Positions 38,987-51,812 are shown, counted from the whole stretch's first letter. The stretch is DNA of 56,592 nucleotides, filler included, from Basidioascus undulatus (GCA_000826855.1; 6 parts of 6 records of this genome joined end to end with filler, not necessarily neighbours in it), one strand, 5' to 3'. Notes: generated by a model from the sequence alone, not told the origin. Numbers and translations are program-made.

Positions 38987-39483
38987 GCGTCCCACGAACA
39001 CAACGGCCAGGCGGACATGGAGGATGAGTGGGATGCGCAGCAGCCGAACTATGCGGTGCTCGACGGCCTCGCCTACACCATGGAGCGGATTATGGAGCCG
39101 TTTACAGCGCCCAGCCCGCGAGACATCCAGGGCATCCGGTAGTACAAGATTAGCTACGTGCCTCAAAGCGCAAGTCTTCCACCCCGCCAATTTACCGCTC
39201 AGCTTGTCAAGCCTTCCACTGACAGACAGTCCTCCTTTTCCATTCCACAGAACTCGTACTACTACTGGATCCGCCCGCTCTACAAGAAACACATCTCGCG
39301 CGTTGATGAGAAGTGGGTGTACGTCGGCAGCCGCCTCTCTTACTCTCGTGCTTGTCCCGCTGTCAACCTGCCTTACTGAACAACCGTGCGTTCTGGCAGA
39401 TGCGCGACTTCCGTTCGATCGCAGAGCACAACGAGCGGATGCCTAACCGCCACGTCCCGCTTCCGCTTTTTCAACATCAGTAG
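38987..39483 (+). CDS. Hypothetical small spliced gene, boundaries uncertain
   Basis: Coding-like exons ASHEHNGQADMEDEWDAQQPNYAVLDGLAYTMERIMEPF and NSYYYWIRPLYKKHISRVDEKW, flanked by branch-point (ACTGAC/ACTGAA) and CAG acceptor signals. No family recognised. Confidence 0.35.
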
Positions 39484-40662
39484 CCTTAGCATCCTCCTCT
39501 CTTTCTTCCTGGAAACCACGGAATCTTCTCGTTATGTACATCGTATTCTCAGCGTGCCTTTGTTTTTCTGAGCTCTTGCCATTTCTGTCTTGCTGGAACA
39601 TGGATACAACTCGAACGGTGTCCGATGGCCACGTATATCTGCTTATAATGCTGACACGGTTGAATGGAAGACGAGGATTTGAGGCAATTTGGGTGCGGCT
39701 GCATGCTTTTAATTACGGTAGTGGCTACAGTCACTGCTCAGGTATTGCACGTACTTCAGAGGTTTTGCTCTTCCCCGTTGAAGACAGGAGGCGACTGTTT
39801 TCCTACCTTATGGAGCGAATGTTAGGCGAGGTTCGGACAATGGCGTTGCGATTACGAGCGAGTCCAAGTCGTGGTGCAATATGAGCGGACATGAGCCAAT
39901 GCCCCCACGGCGAGAAGCCCAAGTCCAGCTCGATGCCATCTTTGCGCACTGGGGCGGGCATACCGGGTCACTTGTCCGCTCGAGGCCACCTTCAAACAGA
40001 TCATCAGATCTTGCTCGGAGACATTAACCTCAATCTACACGGACAACAGCCAAACAACATGTCCTGGTTCCTCTACACTCCCAGTCCTCGATCCCCTTGC
40101 TTCTTGTCGCGGAACACAACTTCTTGCTTCACCATGTGCTTGCCGTGCAACACTGTATCCCTGATGCACGATATACGACCCAGGGTATGGGGGATACTTG
40201 TACGTCGACGGAGGTGTATGGGGATGTAGATATTCAGAAAGCTAGTGTCGGAACTGATCCTGCAATAGGCCTGGCCCTGGGGATCAAAGGCGGTGTCAAG
40301 GCCGAGCTCCAAAAGTGAAGAGGCGGTCGCTGAGCGGGAAGAGGCGGTAACGAAGAAAGTGGAGTAAGTCAGGAAGCGCGAACAAGAAGTCAAAGGCAAG
40401 AAGTGCAGCAGTACATGCGAAGGAAGCTAATTAATGCAGATGAGACAGTGAATAGCGGTACAACCTTTACATTGGTACCCGGAAATTCATCGCGCAAGCA
40501 TGTCTGAGCGCAGTATACGCGCTGCGACTTAAGGTTCTGGGTTAAGAGCTCTGCATGCGACGCCGCTAGTGGGCAACAGGAGGGGATACAGGAGGGGGAA
40601 GGGGCCGGGCTAGCACCAAAACCCCGTGGGCGAAAGCTTTGCACCAGCAGGAGAAGAATAGA

Positions 40663-41001
40663 CTATGTAGGGATGAGAAGGTGTTCGGATGCTTGACGGA
40701 GGGTGGACTCGATGGTGCGGAGAATGGGACTGGCGGCATGGGGGGCAGCGTCGAGGAGGCGGTCGATGAGGGTGATGCCGGGGATGGTGTGGTCATTGCC
40801 TAGGATGATGGGGGTTTCAGGGAGCGTGGCAGCGATGGCTGTGTTGACGCAGGTGGTGTGGGTGCGGCGGAAGGGGCGACCGCAGAGGCAGGTCCAGCCT
40901 TGGGCCGTCTTGCCTCTACGCCGGCGGAGCGCGACGGCGAGGTCGAAGGGAGGCAGGGAGAAGATGGGGCCAACTAGGGAAGGTGTGTGGCGAATGTAGC
41001 A
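40663..41001 (-). mobile_element. Non-LTR retrotransposon relic, 3' end of ORF2 with Cys/His knuckle
   Basis: Open frame CYIRHTPSLVGPIFSLP...ALRRRRG...CLCGRPFRRTHTTC...TLIDRLLD...*, matching the PI..LP / WR.G / C.CG..F.R.H..C / ID.LL pattern of fungal non-LTR ORF2 C-termini (recognition from memory). Confidence 0.6.
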
Positions 41002-41019
41002 ACACTACTAACTCTTCCA

Positions 41020-41643
41020 AGACAGCAATCCCCCTAACGGCGAGGCAGACCTGGCGTTTGACCGAGACAACCATATCATGCCAACGTTATACTCCTTCGC
41101 AGATGACGCGTCCATCAGAAGCGAACCCATGATGGGCTCCTGTGCTTCTGCCGGACCGAAGGTGGGCGCTGGTCCCCCCAGACACGGGTGACGGTGTCAG
41201 GACCTTCATCCACCCACTCCTCGGGTATGCAGGCCCCATCGTATGGCTATGGGCAGGCAAGGTGCGGGACGCCAGCCCATACATGAGGATGCTCATCAGG
41301 TATGCGTCGAGGTGGTCACATGGGTCACCGCAAGTCGGCCACAGCCAAGAGGTGTCTCCCCCTTGCCAGTGCCTAGAGCACCTTGCTCGCTGTCTGTATG
41401 AACACTGTCTTGTGCACGCTTCACGCGCTAACCCCATTTGTCGCCTGACGAGACACCCACCTCCCTTCCCAGACGAACCCATCCGCCGCCTCCTTGCACT
41501 TCCGCTTGCAAAAGAGGCACGCACAGCTCTCAGGCCAAGGTCAGTGGTGACCCGCTCGCACTCAAGTCCTTAGTCCAACTCTTCCTTTGTAGCCACCGCC
41601 GGCACTGGCTCTCCATCGAGGCCAACTTCGGCACACTCGGCTG
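41020..41643 (+). mobile_element. Non-LTR retrotransposon relic, RT thumb and post-RT region, inverted relative to the 3' piece
   Basis: Frameshifted segments IPLTAR, GGRWSPQTRVT-VRTFIHPLLGYAGPIVWLW (thumb-like K/RxFIRPxLEYG), LEHLARCLYEH...SRANP and LFLCSHRRHWLSIEANFGTLG. Confidence 0.6.
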
Positions 41644-42138
41644 AGAGGAATGCTACTAGAGAAACGGAAACCGCTGGACCTGATATCCTAACCAGCTTGG
41701 AGCGATGTCGAACACGCCGCGTTGGCAAGCAGCTGGTTAAAAAAAAGTCGTATCAGTGTACGCCCTCGCAGAAGCTGCTCAGCTTGTCGCCCTCTGCTGG
41801 ACGGGCAGGCTGTCCTTAAGCTTCGCTTACCTTAGAACAGCTATTCTGCTCAATGTCACAGACCGAAGTTGTCGCCGTGACATGGTCTTGTTCGATTTTC
41901 CTGACCGTGCGCGACGGCCTCTTGCCTGGCAAAAGGACAGCCCGTCTTTTAGATCTGCTTTCCAGTATAATTCCCCACATTTGCATGCTGTTAGCTGCCT
42001 GTTCCGACGCTGTGCCCCGCCGACACGAATGGGTGCCGATCATCTCAGATTCTGCCGTCAAGACGATTGTAGCTCGCACCCCACCATTCTCATTTCGCCT
42101 CAATGTTGGCCAAAGATAATCTCGAGACTTAACCTGGT

Positions 42139-43068
42139 CTAGTCTTCGCGCAGCACGACCTCCCTCTTCCACCGCTCCTTCTCCTCCACACCCTCCTCCC
42201 ACACTCTCCAGTACGTCTCTGCGATCCTCTTCGGGTTGAGCTTGGGCTTGTCCTCACCCACAAGCCCCGTAACTGTGATCGTCGCGACGTGAATGTCTGA
42301 TCCCACGCACACAGTCCCTGCAGGTCAGCGACAGGGTCAAGCGTAGCATTGTCTGTAGCAGTATATGCGAGAGACTGAGAGAGAAGGATGACGCATGAAC
42401 GCACTCTGCGGTCTCAGGATCTCGTAATAGTTGAACGAGAGGTTCCGCTGTGCAGCCTTGTTGGCCAGCAGCCCCGCGATGAACGGCAGCGGGTGGTTCG
42501 GCTCTCCGCCGCCAGTCAAGAGGACCTGTCATCGCAAGCGGCAGTCAATCATCCACAACCGCCTATCACTTACCCTCGAGCCCACCTGCGCCTTGCCTCC
42601 AGGTCCCTCCCGCACCCCGCCCTCCGCCGCCCACTGCAAAACCTTCCACGCGCCGACGACTCCCGTCCTAAAGTGTGCCTCCATCTCCTCCGTCACCACC
42701 TCGCTTGGGGCCTTCACGCCGAACCCAAGCCCGCCCGCATGGTATAGCAGCACGCTCGGCTTCCCAAGCTTCTGCGAGAGCTCGTCCAGCGCATGGCAGA
42801 CGGCAGGGTAGTCGGACGAGTCAGCGACGGCGTAGGCCGTGCTGGGGGACGCGGAGAGGGACGGATGGGCGAGGAGGGACTGGAGCGTGCTCTGCGTGCG
42901 CGCGATGAGCCCGATGGAGAAGGAGGCCTCCGCGAATAGCGCGGCGACTGCGAATATTAGGGCGTTTGCCTGGATGTTGTGAAGACGGGACCGGGTCGCA
43001 ACTGAATAGTACGTACCCCTGAGGGCGATGCCCGGCCCAGCACCGATTATTATGAGTGTTTTGGACAT
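42139..43068 (-). CDS. Short-chain dehydrogenase/reductase (atypical, no catalytic Tyr), 4 exons
   Basis: MSKTLIIIGAGPGIA (Rossmann glycine motif), IGLIAR, VLLYHAG, VLLTGGG, GLLANKAAQRNL, NIHVATITVTGLV and PKRIAETYW; TAG at 42139-42141. Confidence 0.88.
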
Positions 43069-45499
43069 GCTGGTGAGCGAGAGTCTAGAATCGAGGACGT
43101 GAGTGTTAAGGGGTCAGTCTTGTAAGAGAAGGAAGGGAACGAAATGAAGAGTGAAGGGCACACAAGGCGAGGACTCGTTGCAATTTGCGCTTGCTGACGT
43201 TTTCTAGCGCAAACAAGGTGGAGGCAATCCAGACCTGTTGCCCAGAACTCTCAGCATTCGCTCGTTTGTCACATTTCACAGCTGGATGTACGTGCATCTT
43301 ATTCCTGCATCTGTCGTGTATCCTGACTACCGGGTTGCTGTTAAATGTCACAAATAAAGGTAGCAGCGGCAACTCACACCAGTAGATGGCCAGCAAGTAG
43401 ATTTCACAGTGGGACGTCTGGAAGGGACGGTGGGGAAGTGGCAGCGTTAGGCCTCGAGCAAGACTATGGGCGTATGTCCGAATCCGGCATCCCCTGCACC
43501 CATCTTTGCCAGCTTCGGTGTCAGCCTGTTATCTCCCAAATCATAGACCTATGCAGTCCTAGGCTCCTCTTCGGGAATAAACTCTCCTCTTCTTGAATAA
43601 ACTCTTGAAGGGCGTGGGTTAGTAAGACGATCTTGAGGTCCTGAAACGTTTGAATGTAGCGCTGACTCCGCCGATTCACTCTGGAGGTCTACACCTTGAG
43701 TGGCACGTGCTAAGCCGTGAATGAGGTTACTCCCATAAACGGATTTGCCCCCCCTCATCCAGCGCATCATCTCCACCGTGCACGGCATTATCAAAACATG
43801 CGCACCGTTTCGTGCCAAGACAGTCGAACGGACTTGTCAGTCACGCCGAAGAGTACGTCAGCCGGGTCCCCCATAAAGTTGGCCTCGGCGTGGATACCAC
43901 GGTACATGTCTTCCATGAACGCTTGAGGTTGTTTCTCACGGTTCTGCAATGCGTCTCCTTGAGTAAAGGTCAGACACATCATCCAAGCTGGTACTGGCAG
44001 GTGTAGGAGGATGGACCCGTTTATTACATACCTGAGAGATCATGGGGAGGAAGACAGCCTTATTGAGGCAAAGACAATTCCCTCCCGGGCCCTTCTCTTT
44101 CTTCAGCAGGGGCGCACGTCCTGCTTTGAGCCAAACATTCGGTCAATAACCATCCCAATGGTGGAGGCAAAAGACTAAAGACAGCTTGTCTTTTCCTTCA
44201 CGGACGCTGCCCTGCAAGGAACTGACACAATGGACAGGCACCGCACAAGCCGGAACAACATGTCAAATGAAGTTGAGCCACAGGGCAGCAGATGGCCTGT
44301 CTTTCCTGTTTGTCGCACTCTTTTCGGAAGAACAGGACAGGCTATCGCTCTCATCTTGCAGTGTCTTTTGTGCAGCACTGGTGGCTGCACATCTGGTCAG
44401 TAAAAGGAACAAATGAAAGCTTGCAATGCACTCGCACAGGCGTCTCCATATGCGAATGATGCAGGCGGCTCTTCATGCACAGTCAAACGCTGAAGGCTAG
44501 GGTACATGCTTCGCTGCCCGTGCAGGCGCCTGGCTGAAAGGCTCCAGTCAAAAGCAGCAGAAGATTCGGCAGCAGATGATTAGGGACAAGGCCGAGAGTG
44601 TCTGAAAAAGGAACGCCGAAGCATCGTGCAGGGGAACGGTGAGCCGGCTGACTTCGCTTGACTTTTGGCTGCAACGATGTAATGTCCGTCCGCGCATTAC
44701 TATTTCCCCCGGACCCAAACGCAGCACAAAATACACCACTGTAATCTACTGGCAGCAGTGGCCAAGAGCACAACTGTGTCGCTGAAGTCACAGTGTGCCG
44801 AGCGCCAGCGCGCGTCCTACAAAGGGCTCCTCGACCGCCACGGGTTCAGTCCGTTTTGCGCTGTCGCAGATCCGACTGGCTGGCGGACTGATGGGGTCGG
44901 TGTAAATGGGAACAGTCTAGGACTACAGGGGGAAGCTCATGGCGCCTTACTTCTTCCACTTTGAATACAACAACAGTGCGGGTGCGATAGCGATTGCCCG
45001 AACCGAGTGAGTTCGACGATCCTTCCTTTTGCCTTCCCCTTCCCTTTGCCCCTCCCGTTCTATGTGGGGCTCAATTTGTTCTACTTCGCATAAGGTCGTC
45101 GGCCGCGGTGCCAAAGGGCGACTACACGATCTTCCGTGTCTCCGAGAAGGGCTTGGGTGCGTTCCTCCGGTCACTGCGGCTATCCCGCTCTGCTCCAAAT
45201 TGCCTCGTTGCAGAAGCTCACGTAGGTAGGACAGACGGACTTTGTCGGGAAGAGGACATTGCTCTCCATCTGCAAACCGGCTGTGTCAGCAACAGCTTGG
45301 CTGTCAAGGTGACAGTACGCTTACCGATCGACCAAAAGCTGAGGGCTTTGCCATCAATATGCTTGTAATGCCTGCAATCCTTGAGGGACTCTGGATGCAG
45401 AGAAGGCGGGCGGGCACCTGGCAGCATGAGTGAGACGGACTGTGTCCATACGGCACTGACAGAGAGACTTTCAATGCCCCAATTTACTGAGCCGATTCG

Positions 45500-46578
45500 C
45501 TGAAGAACGTGGCGCGGGCGAAACTGCGAGATGAGACGTGGTATGAGAGGTTTACAGGGGCGCGCGCGTGCAGCGTTCACCGTCCAGAGGGTGCTCACGT
45601 TGATGTTGAGGATCAATCAGGCTTGTCCCGGTCTCGGCAGCGAGAGATGGTGCAGAGGACGCTGTTAAACAAGGCCCAGTTAGTAAATGTTGGCAGCTGC
45701 GCTGAAAGAAAAGACCCCGCCGCACACGGAATACAATCCGACTGACACCCGAGCCGGTCGACCGATGTCGAGAAGTATAGCGCTGTCCAGGTAGGCGTTC
45801 TTGACCTCGAGGAACGCAGCGGTGTTAGCCTGGATTGCGGTTGTGAACGCCGCGATGGCCATGGCAAGTGTGTCTTTGCCGGAGGGACAGAGAACTGGTT
45901 TGTCAGTTTCTTGGATAAAGGTTGCTGCCTGTGTATCGGGAAGACAACTGCCGGTAGACGGAGCGTGCAGAGACTTTACAGCTGTTGGCGGCGAATAGCG
46001 AGCCCTTTCGACGCGCTCGTCAATCTCGCCTGACCGGTCGGAGAGACAGCGGGAACAACTCCTTTTTTTGATGACGGTGACGCCTTACACCCCAGACACA
46101 GGAAGGGGCCCTGTTCACGCCGTTCAGGGGGTTTGTGGCGAGGGAGGCGGACGTCGTACCGCTGGAGAACAACGTAGAGCTTGAGCTCGCCTTTTTCACT
46201 TGAGCGCAAGGGAGAAGCTGATGGTTGACGTGGATGTAGGACCGGGAACCGTGCCGACAGGCCACGACTACTCGGGACATCCCAGTCGGTGCGCATGCCG
46301 TTCCTCGCCTCCCGGCCGCGGACGCAGGCGGTCGAGGCACTGCACCTGATGGAGCCGGACACCGGATTGCGGTGCGTCCATCCGTTCCCCCTGCCCCCGT
46401 TGTCCTCCTGCCTGGAGCCTGACGCGGCGGTGATTGTTTGGGGGAGGGGGTTGGAGACGAAACGCAGGACTAATTTGTAGGCGTCATGAGCATCGTGGTT
46501 GGAGAGGAGGTGGGCGAGGGGAAAGGCACAACTTGGGAGGGCACATGGGCCATGCAGTTGTTTGGCTTGAATAGGCAT
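45500..46578 (-). other. Possible spliced hypothetical gene or relic, product unknown
   Basis: A 200-codon ORF from ATG 46578 with a TATA-like element upstream, plus a downstream exon-like block (TLAMAIAAFTTAIQANTAAFLEVKNAYLDSAILLDIG) after an ACTGAC...AG acceptor. No family recognised. Confidence 0.3.
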
Positions 46579-46897
46579 GCTGTAAACTGCTTCGTCGTGG
46601 GTGTTGTGTGCAGAGTCGGTGAAAAGGGGGGAGGGTGGATATAATTTGCGTTCAGGTACGGCATTTATGGATTGTTGGCCCCTCAGGGCCGCTTATCGGA
46701 CGCTGCGGGCCCGCAGCGCGAAAACGCTGCACAGTAGAACAGGGTATTATAGTGACAATGTCTGCTTATCGTTTCGTCTGTTTTACATCCGCAATGCAAG
46801 CGCCCCTATAACGGCCGAGAGCACCGTGGCGACCACGACCCCGCTCGCTACAGCTCGCCATTGATGTCTAATTACGATAGGATCAATTACCTGTCGA

Positions 46898-47190
46898 TCA
46901 AAATCTTATCAGCGGCTTCGTCCGAGAAAGCGAAGAAAAGCGCAAGCGCACAGGAGTCATAGGCGCCCAGAAAAGCGTAACGTCCTTGATGGACGAGGAG
47001 CGGCGTGTGCGGAAGGGCGAGGGGGACAAGTCGTGAGGAACCTCGAGCGACTCGGGGAAGGCTCCAGTCTCCTCGTCGTACGGCGGGTACGTCACGCTTA
47101 GGGAGGAGGAGGTGAAGAACGCGGAGGAGACGAGACACTGCTTGGATCCGACGGCGGAGTCCGCGGGAAGCGCGAGCTCGAAGGAAGATA
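46898..47190 (-). CDS. 3' end of an unidentified gene, truncated at contig edge
   Basis: GC-rich Ser/Pro-rich open frame ending ...DVTLFWAPMTPVRLRFSSLSRTKPLIRF*. Confidence 0.3.
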
Positions 47191-47290
47191 NNNNNNNNNN
47201 NNNNNNNNNNNNNNNNNNNNNNNNNNNNNNNNNNTTAATTAATTAANNNNNNNNNNNNNNNNNNNNNNNNNNNNNNNNNNNNNNNNNNNN
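47191..47290. other. Artificial contig linker
   Basis: 44 N + TTAATTAATTAA + 44 N. Confidence 0.98.
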
Positions 47291-48551
47291 CTCCCCTCCT
47301 TCCCCTTCCCCTTCGTAACTGACTCCCACCCAATCCCACAGAGATTCTTCTTCCTCTCCTCCCGCCGTCCCCATACCATACCGCCCGCCCGCCGCATTGC
47401 CCTCGTCTCTTCCCCTTTTCCCTTGTGTTTTCTCTTCTGGCGCTGCAAAAAGAACGATGGAAGGTTTACTTGGTTGCGGAGTGCGCTCTCCGTCTGTCTG
47501 GGTCACGATCGCGCGGCCGGCGTAGCTCACTTTTCGTAGTGACTTCGATCGAGCGACGCTACTTCCGCGCAACCTTCACTCTTGCATGTGGTAGTTTCAT
47601 ATGCGCATGTTGCGTCTTGCACGTTCGCGCTTCCGTTGCCCGCCACGATCACTTCATTGGCTTTCGCTCATCCGGCCCGCCCCTCTCACCCGCTGATCTT
47701 CCCTCCTGAACTGCAACTGCATCTCAGGTCACCACCAGGAGGACCCGTCCAGTGTGTCAGGTTGCACCCTCACTCTCGTATGAACACGAGCAAGTCTCCT
47801 CTCTCTGGGTGATCGACCCAGTCCGACTAGGTACGCTTCTCGCTTCTCCGTTGATGGTTCCTCGTCGCTTGCTTCGTTTCGATCCCTTCGCTCGCTTCGT
47901 ATGGCGGGAGGTCGCGCTTGCTCTTGCGCGCGCGAATTGCTTAAGATGCTCAGGAACGTTATCGAGCATCGAGAGATGCCCAGTCTACCTACCTTGACTG
48001 CCTGCTGGCTGTCGTCGCTCGTTGCGACTCACCTTCAAGGCGGTCTTCCGGTTCTGTCAACCGCCTGGAAGGTTCCCAATTGTCGTGCTGCTTAGCCGAT
48101 GTCTTGCAACCAAGGCAGGAACAACATTTTATGGTTAATGGTTGCCTTCGCCAGGGCGACAATCGATCTCTCACCGCCGGCGCCGGAACAGGACAAGCAC
48201 GCCAGCCGCCGCTCATAGTCTTCAAATCTGCTCCGCCCCATGAAGGGAAATCATGCTGACGCCCAAGTGATGCCTGAAGGTTGTTAGCACTTACAGCACT
48301 TTGACGGTCTGCATGGGTCGCAGGACAAGCATTGGAACTGCCGACGGTCGCCAACGGACTTTTGCGTTATGATCTTTGCCTGAACTTGGCAAGCCGTTCC
48401 TGTAAGGTATTTTTTGTTCCTGGACCATTTAGTCTTGAAGAGGCCCCAGTGGCTGAACTATCTTCATTAAGACAAACAAATCCCGCTGGTGTCCGCGTCC
48501 TGCGTTAGGGTCGCAACGCCTGTGCTTGATTCCTTCACCCATCTTCTCGCA

Positions 48552-49712
48552 ATGCCATCCTACCACCTCGCCACAGATACCCTCACGCAGATCCTAGAAT
48601 GCCTCGCTGCCAATCTCGCGCACGACCATCGGTGCGACTCGGGGGCTGCGAAGCCAGCAATCGCTCCGCCCTCACTGGCCTGTGCGGCGCTTCGACGCTG
48701 CTCAGAAACCCTCGCTCGGCCGGTACTCTGGTCGTGTATTACCGTCCGGGCGGTGTCGGAATACAATTCTAGGCGGCTGAAGGCGCTCGCCTATGACGGG
48801 GCTGAACCTTTACCTCTTGTATGGTGAGTCTCGGCGGGAGGCTGGGAGCATCGGACAACTTGACGTCTTGCGCCGTTCCCCGGGTCCGTCAGAGTCATCG
48901 CCGGCAAGCTGCTGCGCCGAAGCCCAGGGTCCAACCTTAAAACTTCCTTATCTATATAAGGAACTTGACATGATCATCTGGGAGCCGACGCCCGCTCGGC
49001 AATCAGAGCGCGCTGTTCCAGTTCGATGACAGCTCGCGCCCTCCGTAGACACTCTCATCCTGAAAGACCGAGACCATTTCGAGCTCTGCGCAGGCCTAGG
49101 TTTAGCGAACGATATACGCCTTTGGAGCTGTCGGACGGAAACCTTTGCCTTAATACGTTGGCGAACAAGCAGGATAACTTCACGGGCTCACCTTTCTCAC
49201 TCTCCCGTAACGTGTTACGCGTACTCGAGTCGGGTTGCCTCGCCAGATGCAGCAAGTCCCTGCCAATCCTTGTTTTCCGTTCCCTGGAGATTTAACAAAG
49301 CAGCTTTCCCACAGCTTCTACCACGGCTTTCCAAACACACACCCTGGCTTGACGACTCTCACAGCAGACATCGCACCGCCGCCGCTCCCGAGCCAGCCGG
49401 ACACGGTCAAAAACAACCTGGAGCTCAACCACCTCCTCTCACAACTGGCTTTCGAGCTCAAGTACGGCCCGCGAACCGCGAACAACGAGGCGCCCCGACA
49501 CGTCGCGGGCGCAGCAGGAGTTGCTGAAAGCCATTGATGCGACCCTCGCGGGGCTGGCGAAGGAGCTGGAGGAGGAAATCGGGGACGGGGTGAAGCGCCT
49601 GGCCATAGTGTGCGGGAATGCGCTGAAGAAGCTGGAGAGCGTAACTCTGCCTGGACCGAAGATGCAGGGCGGTAGGACCAGGCAGTGGCGTACGTTCAGA
49701 CGATATTGTTGA
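48552..49712 (+). pseudogene. F-box-like lineage-specific protein, paralog 1 (frameshifted)
   Basis: MPSYHLATDTLTQILECL...LARPVLWSCITV; C-terminal PGLTTLTADIAPPPLP, LNHLLSQL, LKYGPR, then a frame change to ELLKAIDATL...ALKKLESVTL. Confidence 0.6.
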
Positions 49713-50232
49713 TGTTGTTATAAAGGAGATCTTGGAAGCTTGATGAATGTCGTGAGTTCCTTCTGACATGTATTTACCGGGAGTGAAGCTTTTACGCCCT
49801 GCACTTGCTTCGATGAACGATTGAGACCTTGCGGCTGCGACCTTGAGTTGGTGTTGCGAGTCGTGCCTTTGCATTCCCGGCCACGCAACTGACTAACGAA
49901 CATAAACCTCATTCCGCCTGGTTCAAAACAAAGCAAATTCCTGTTCACAGCCAGCATGTCAGTGGCCTCCGGCTCGTCTGCCACACAAAAGCGCGAGCCG
50001 TCGCTTTTCCACTGCTCTGTTAACTTGCTGCCCAGGGAGAGCTGATATCCGGCTTGGCAAATAGAACGCGCATTGCCTGTTTCTCTGTAGTCTCCCCCAA
50101 ACTGAAAGGAAGAAGAACAAGAGAAAAATCCGATAACCGAACGCATTTCGACTTTGCCACCGTTGCATCCGCCCAAACGACTGTCGAATGCAACGCATCT
50201 ACCGTTCCCCTTCCGCTCCCAAACTCGTAACT

Positions 50233-51446
50233 ATGAGCTCCCCACAGCTCGCCACCGAGCTCCTCTCGAGATCGTAGACCATCTCGGCGCCGACTTGCAA
50301 GCTGAGCTGTTGAGCAACGCGAAGGTCGCCGAAGCGAAGACGCGCTCCACACTTGCCGAGCTCTGCCTCACGTCCCAGCTTCTCCGGGCTATCGCTCGAC
50401 CGGTGCTCTGGTCGTGCATGAGCATTAGTGAAGTAGTATCCAAGATCACGAAACATCTCTCGTGGCTTCTGCGGAATTCGGAAACCCTGCAGTTGATCCG
50501 GTGCGTCCTTTCTTCAATTGGTTCTCTTCGGTGCCGTCCTTGACGTCGTGCCCAGGTCTCTCCGCGTTGTTGCAGGTGACCCGCTTCGTTTCTCCGGCGG
50601 GTGGTATCTTCAAGCCATCCTCCTTGGTGCCGATCGCGTCGGGACTCTCATCTGGAGGTCAGCTGGCCCGAAAAGCCTGCGGGGCGACGCCAGGCCCTTC
50701 AAGCTCGACCCCGACTGGGCGTTCACTCCCACACTTCACATCTTCATCCCCGACCTTGCACGCTTCCGACACTGTGCCGCGTCAGCGCACTCCAATGCTG
50801 TGCGCGATTGATCGATTTGATCTATCGCATGGGCCCGCGCTCGATATCAGTACCCTGTCAAGGGGCTCGCTACTAACCGCTTTCCCAACGTGACCTATCT
50901 TGCGATCCCCCATATCCCACGGGGAGCCGAAGCTGCTACTGAAGAAGATGCAAGCACAGCTATTTACCAATTCTGTTTATCTCGCTGAAGTATTAGTTCA
51001 TTTGATTACTCTCAGCTTCTTCAAGCTCTCGTCGATCACGTCCCTGCTCTGGAGACTCTCAACACCAACATCACCCCACTGCCACCACCAGAACTACCGT
51101 CCGAGACGACAGAGGTACTGAGCGACCTCCTGTCTCAATTACAAGAACACAATGTCGAGTACAGTCCGCGCGCTGAGTGCGCGGAGGCGCACCGCCGGGT
51201 CATGGCCGCGCAGCGCGCGCTCGCAGGGGTGGACGAGATGCTGGACAAGGTCAGGAACATGCTGGAGGAGGAGAAGATAGGGCTGAGGCGATGGCTGTAA
51301 GTTTCGCGAGGGCCCTGAAGAAGCTGGCCAGTTTCACGTTCCGATTCAAGAGTCGCCCGGACGCAGTCTCGCAGTGGTGCATGTACAGGATTACGCGGGA
51401 GCAGGGTGTGGTTGGGGCTGTCCGCGAGAGAGTGTGGGATGCTTGA
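50233..51446 (+). pseudogene. F-box-like lineage-specific protein, paralog 2 (frameshifted)
   Basis: MSSPQLATELL, frameshift, then EIVDHL...TLAELCLTSQLLRAIARPVLWSCMSI; PALETLNTNITPLPPP, LSDLLSQL, VEYSPR, frameshift, ALKKLASFTF. Confidence 0.65.
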
Positions 51447-51812
51447 AATAGGGGACTGGATGACCGGCCACGTACGCCACACTGCCATTCCGCGCGACTG
51501 AATGCGTACAGAATTTGCAAGAGAAACCGCAGTACAGCCAATAATACTGATTGATCTTGTTATTCGTGAAATGTCCGTAGACTCTAAATCTTTGACAGTC
51601 TGCTGACTATGGCGCACGTGCACAGCGTCACACCGCGTGCTCTCTCAGCTATGCTGACAACTATTACAGAGGGAATGATATATGTTGAAAAGGGCTTGTT
51701 TGCGCCCACTGGTGTTTTTTCCGTGCCCTCATCATTGCTCTGTGCATCCGCGCTTTCCGCTGCTTGTAGCTTTTGTGTCTCGGCCCTCGTCTTCCCCTCC
51801 CGCACCACCGCG

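Noticed and set aside
41090..41110. YSFADD as the RT catalytic motif
   Set aside because: It lies too close to the thumb motif and downstream of the IPLTAR (YLGxP-like) segment, so it is most likely coincidental.
43100..45480. Short ORFs and exon-like fragments upstream of the SDR (e.g. AFMEDMYRGIHAEANF)
   Set aside because: I could not assemble a coherent gene model or recognise a family, so the region is left unannotated.
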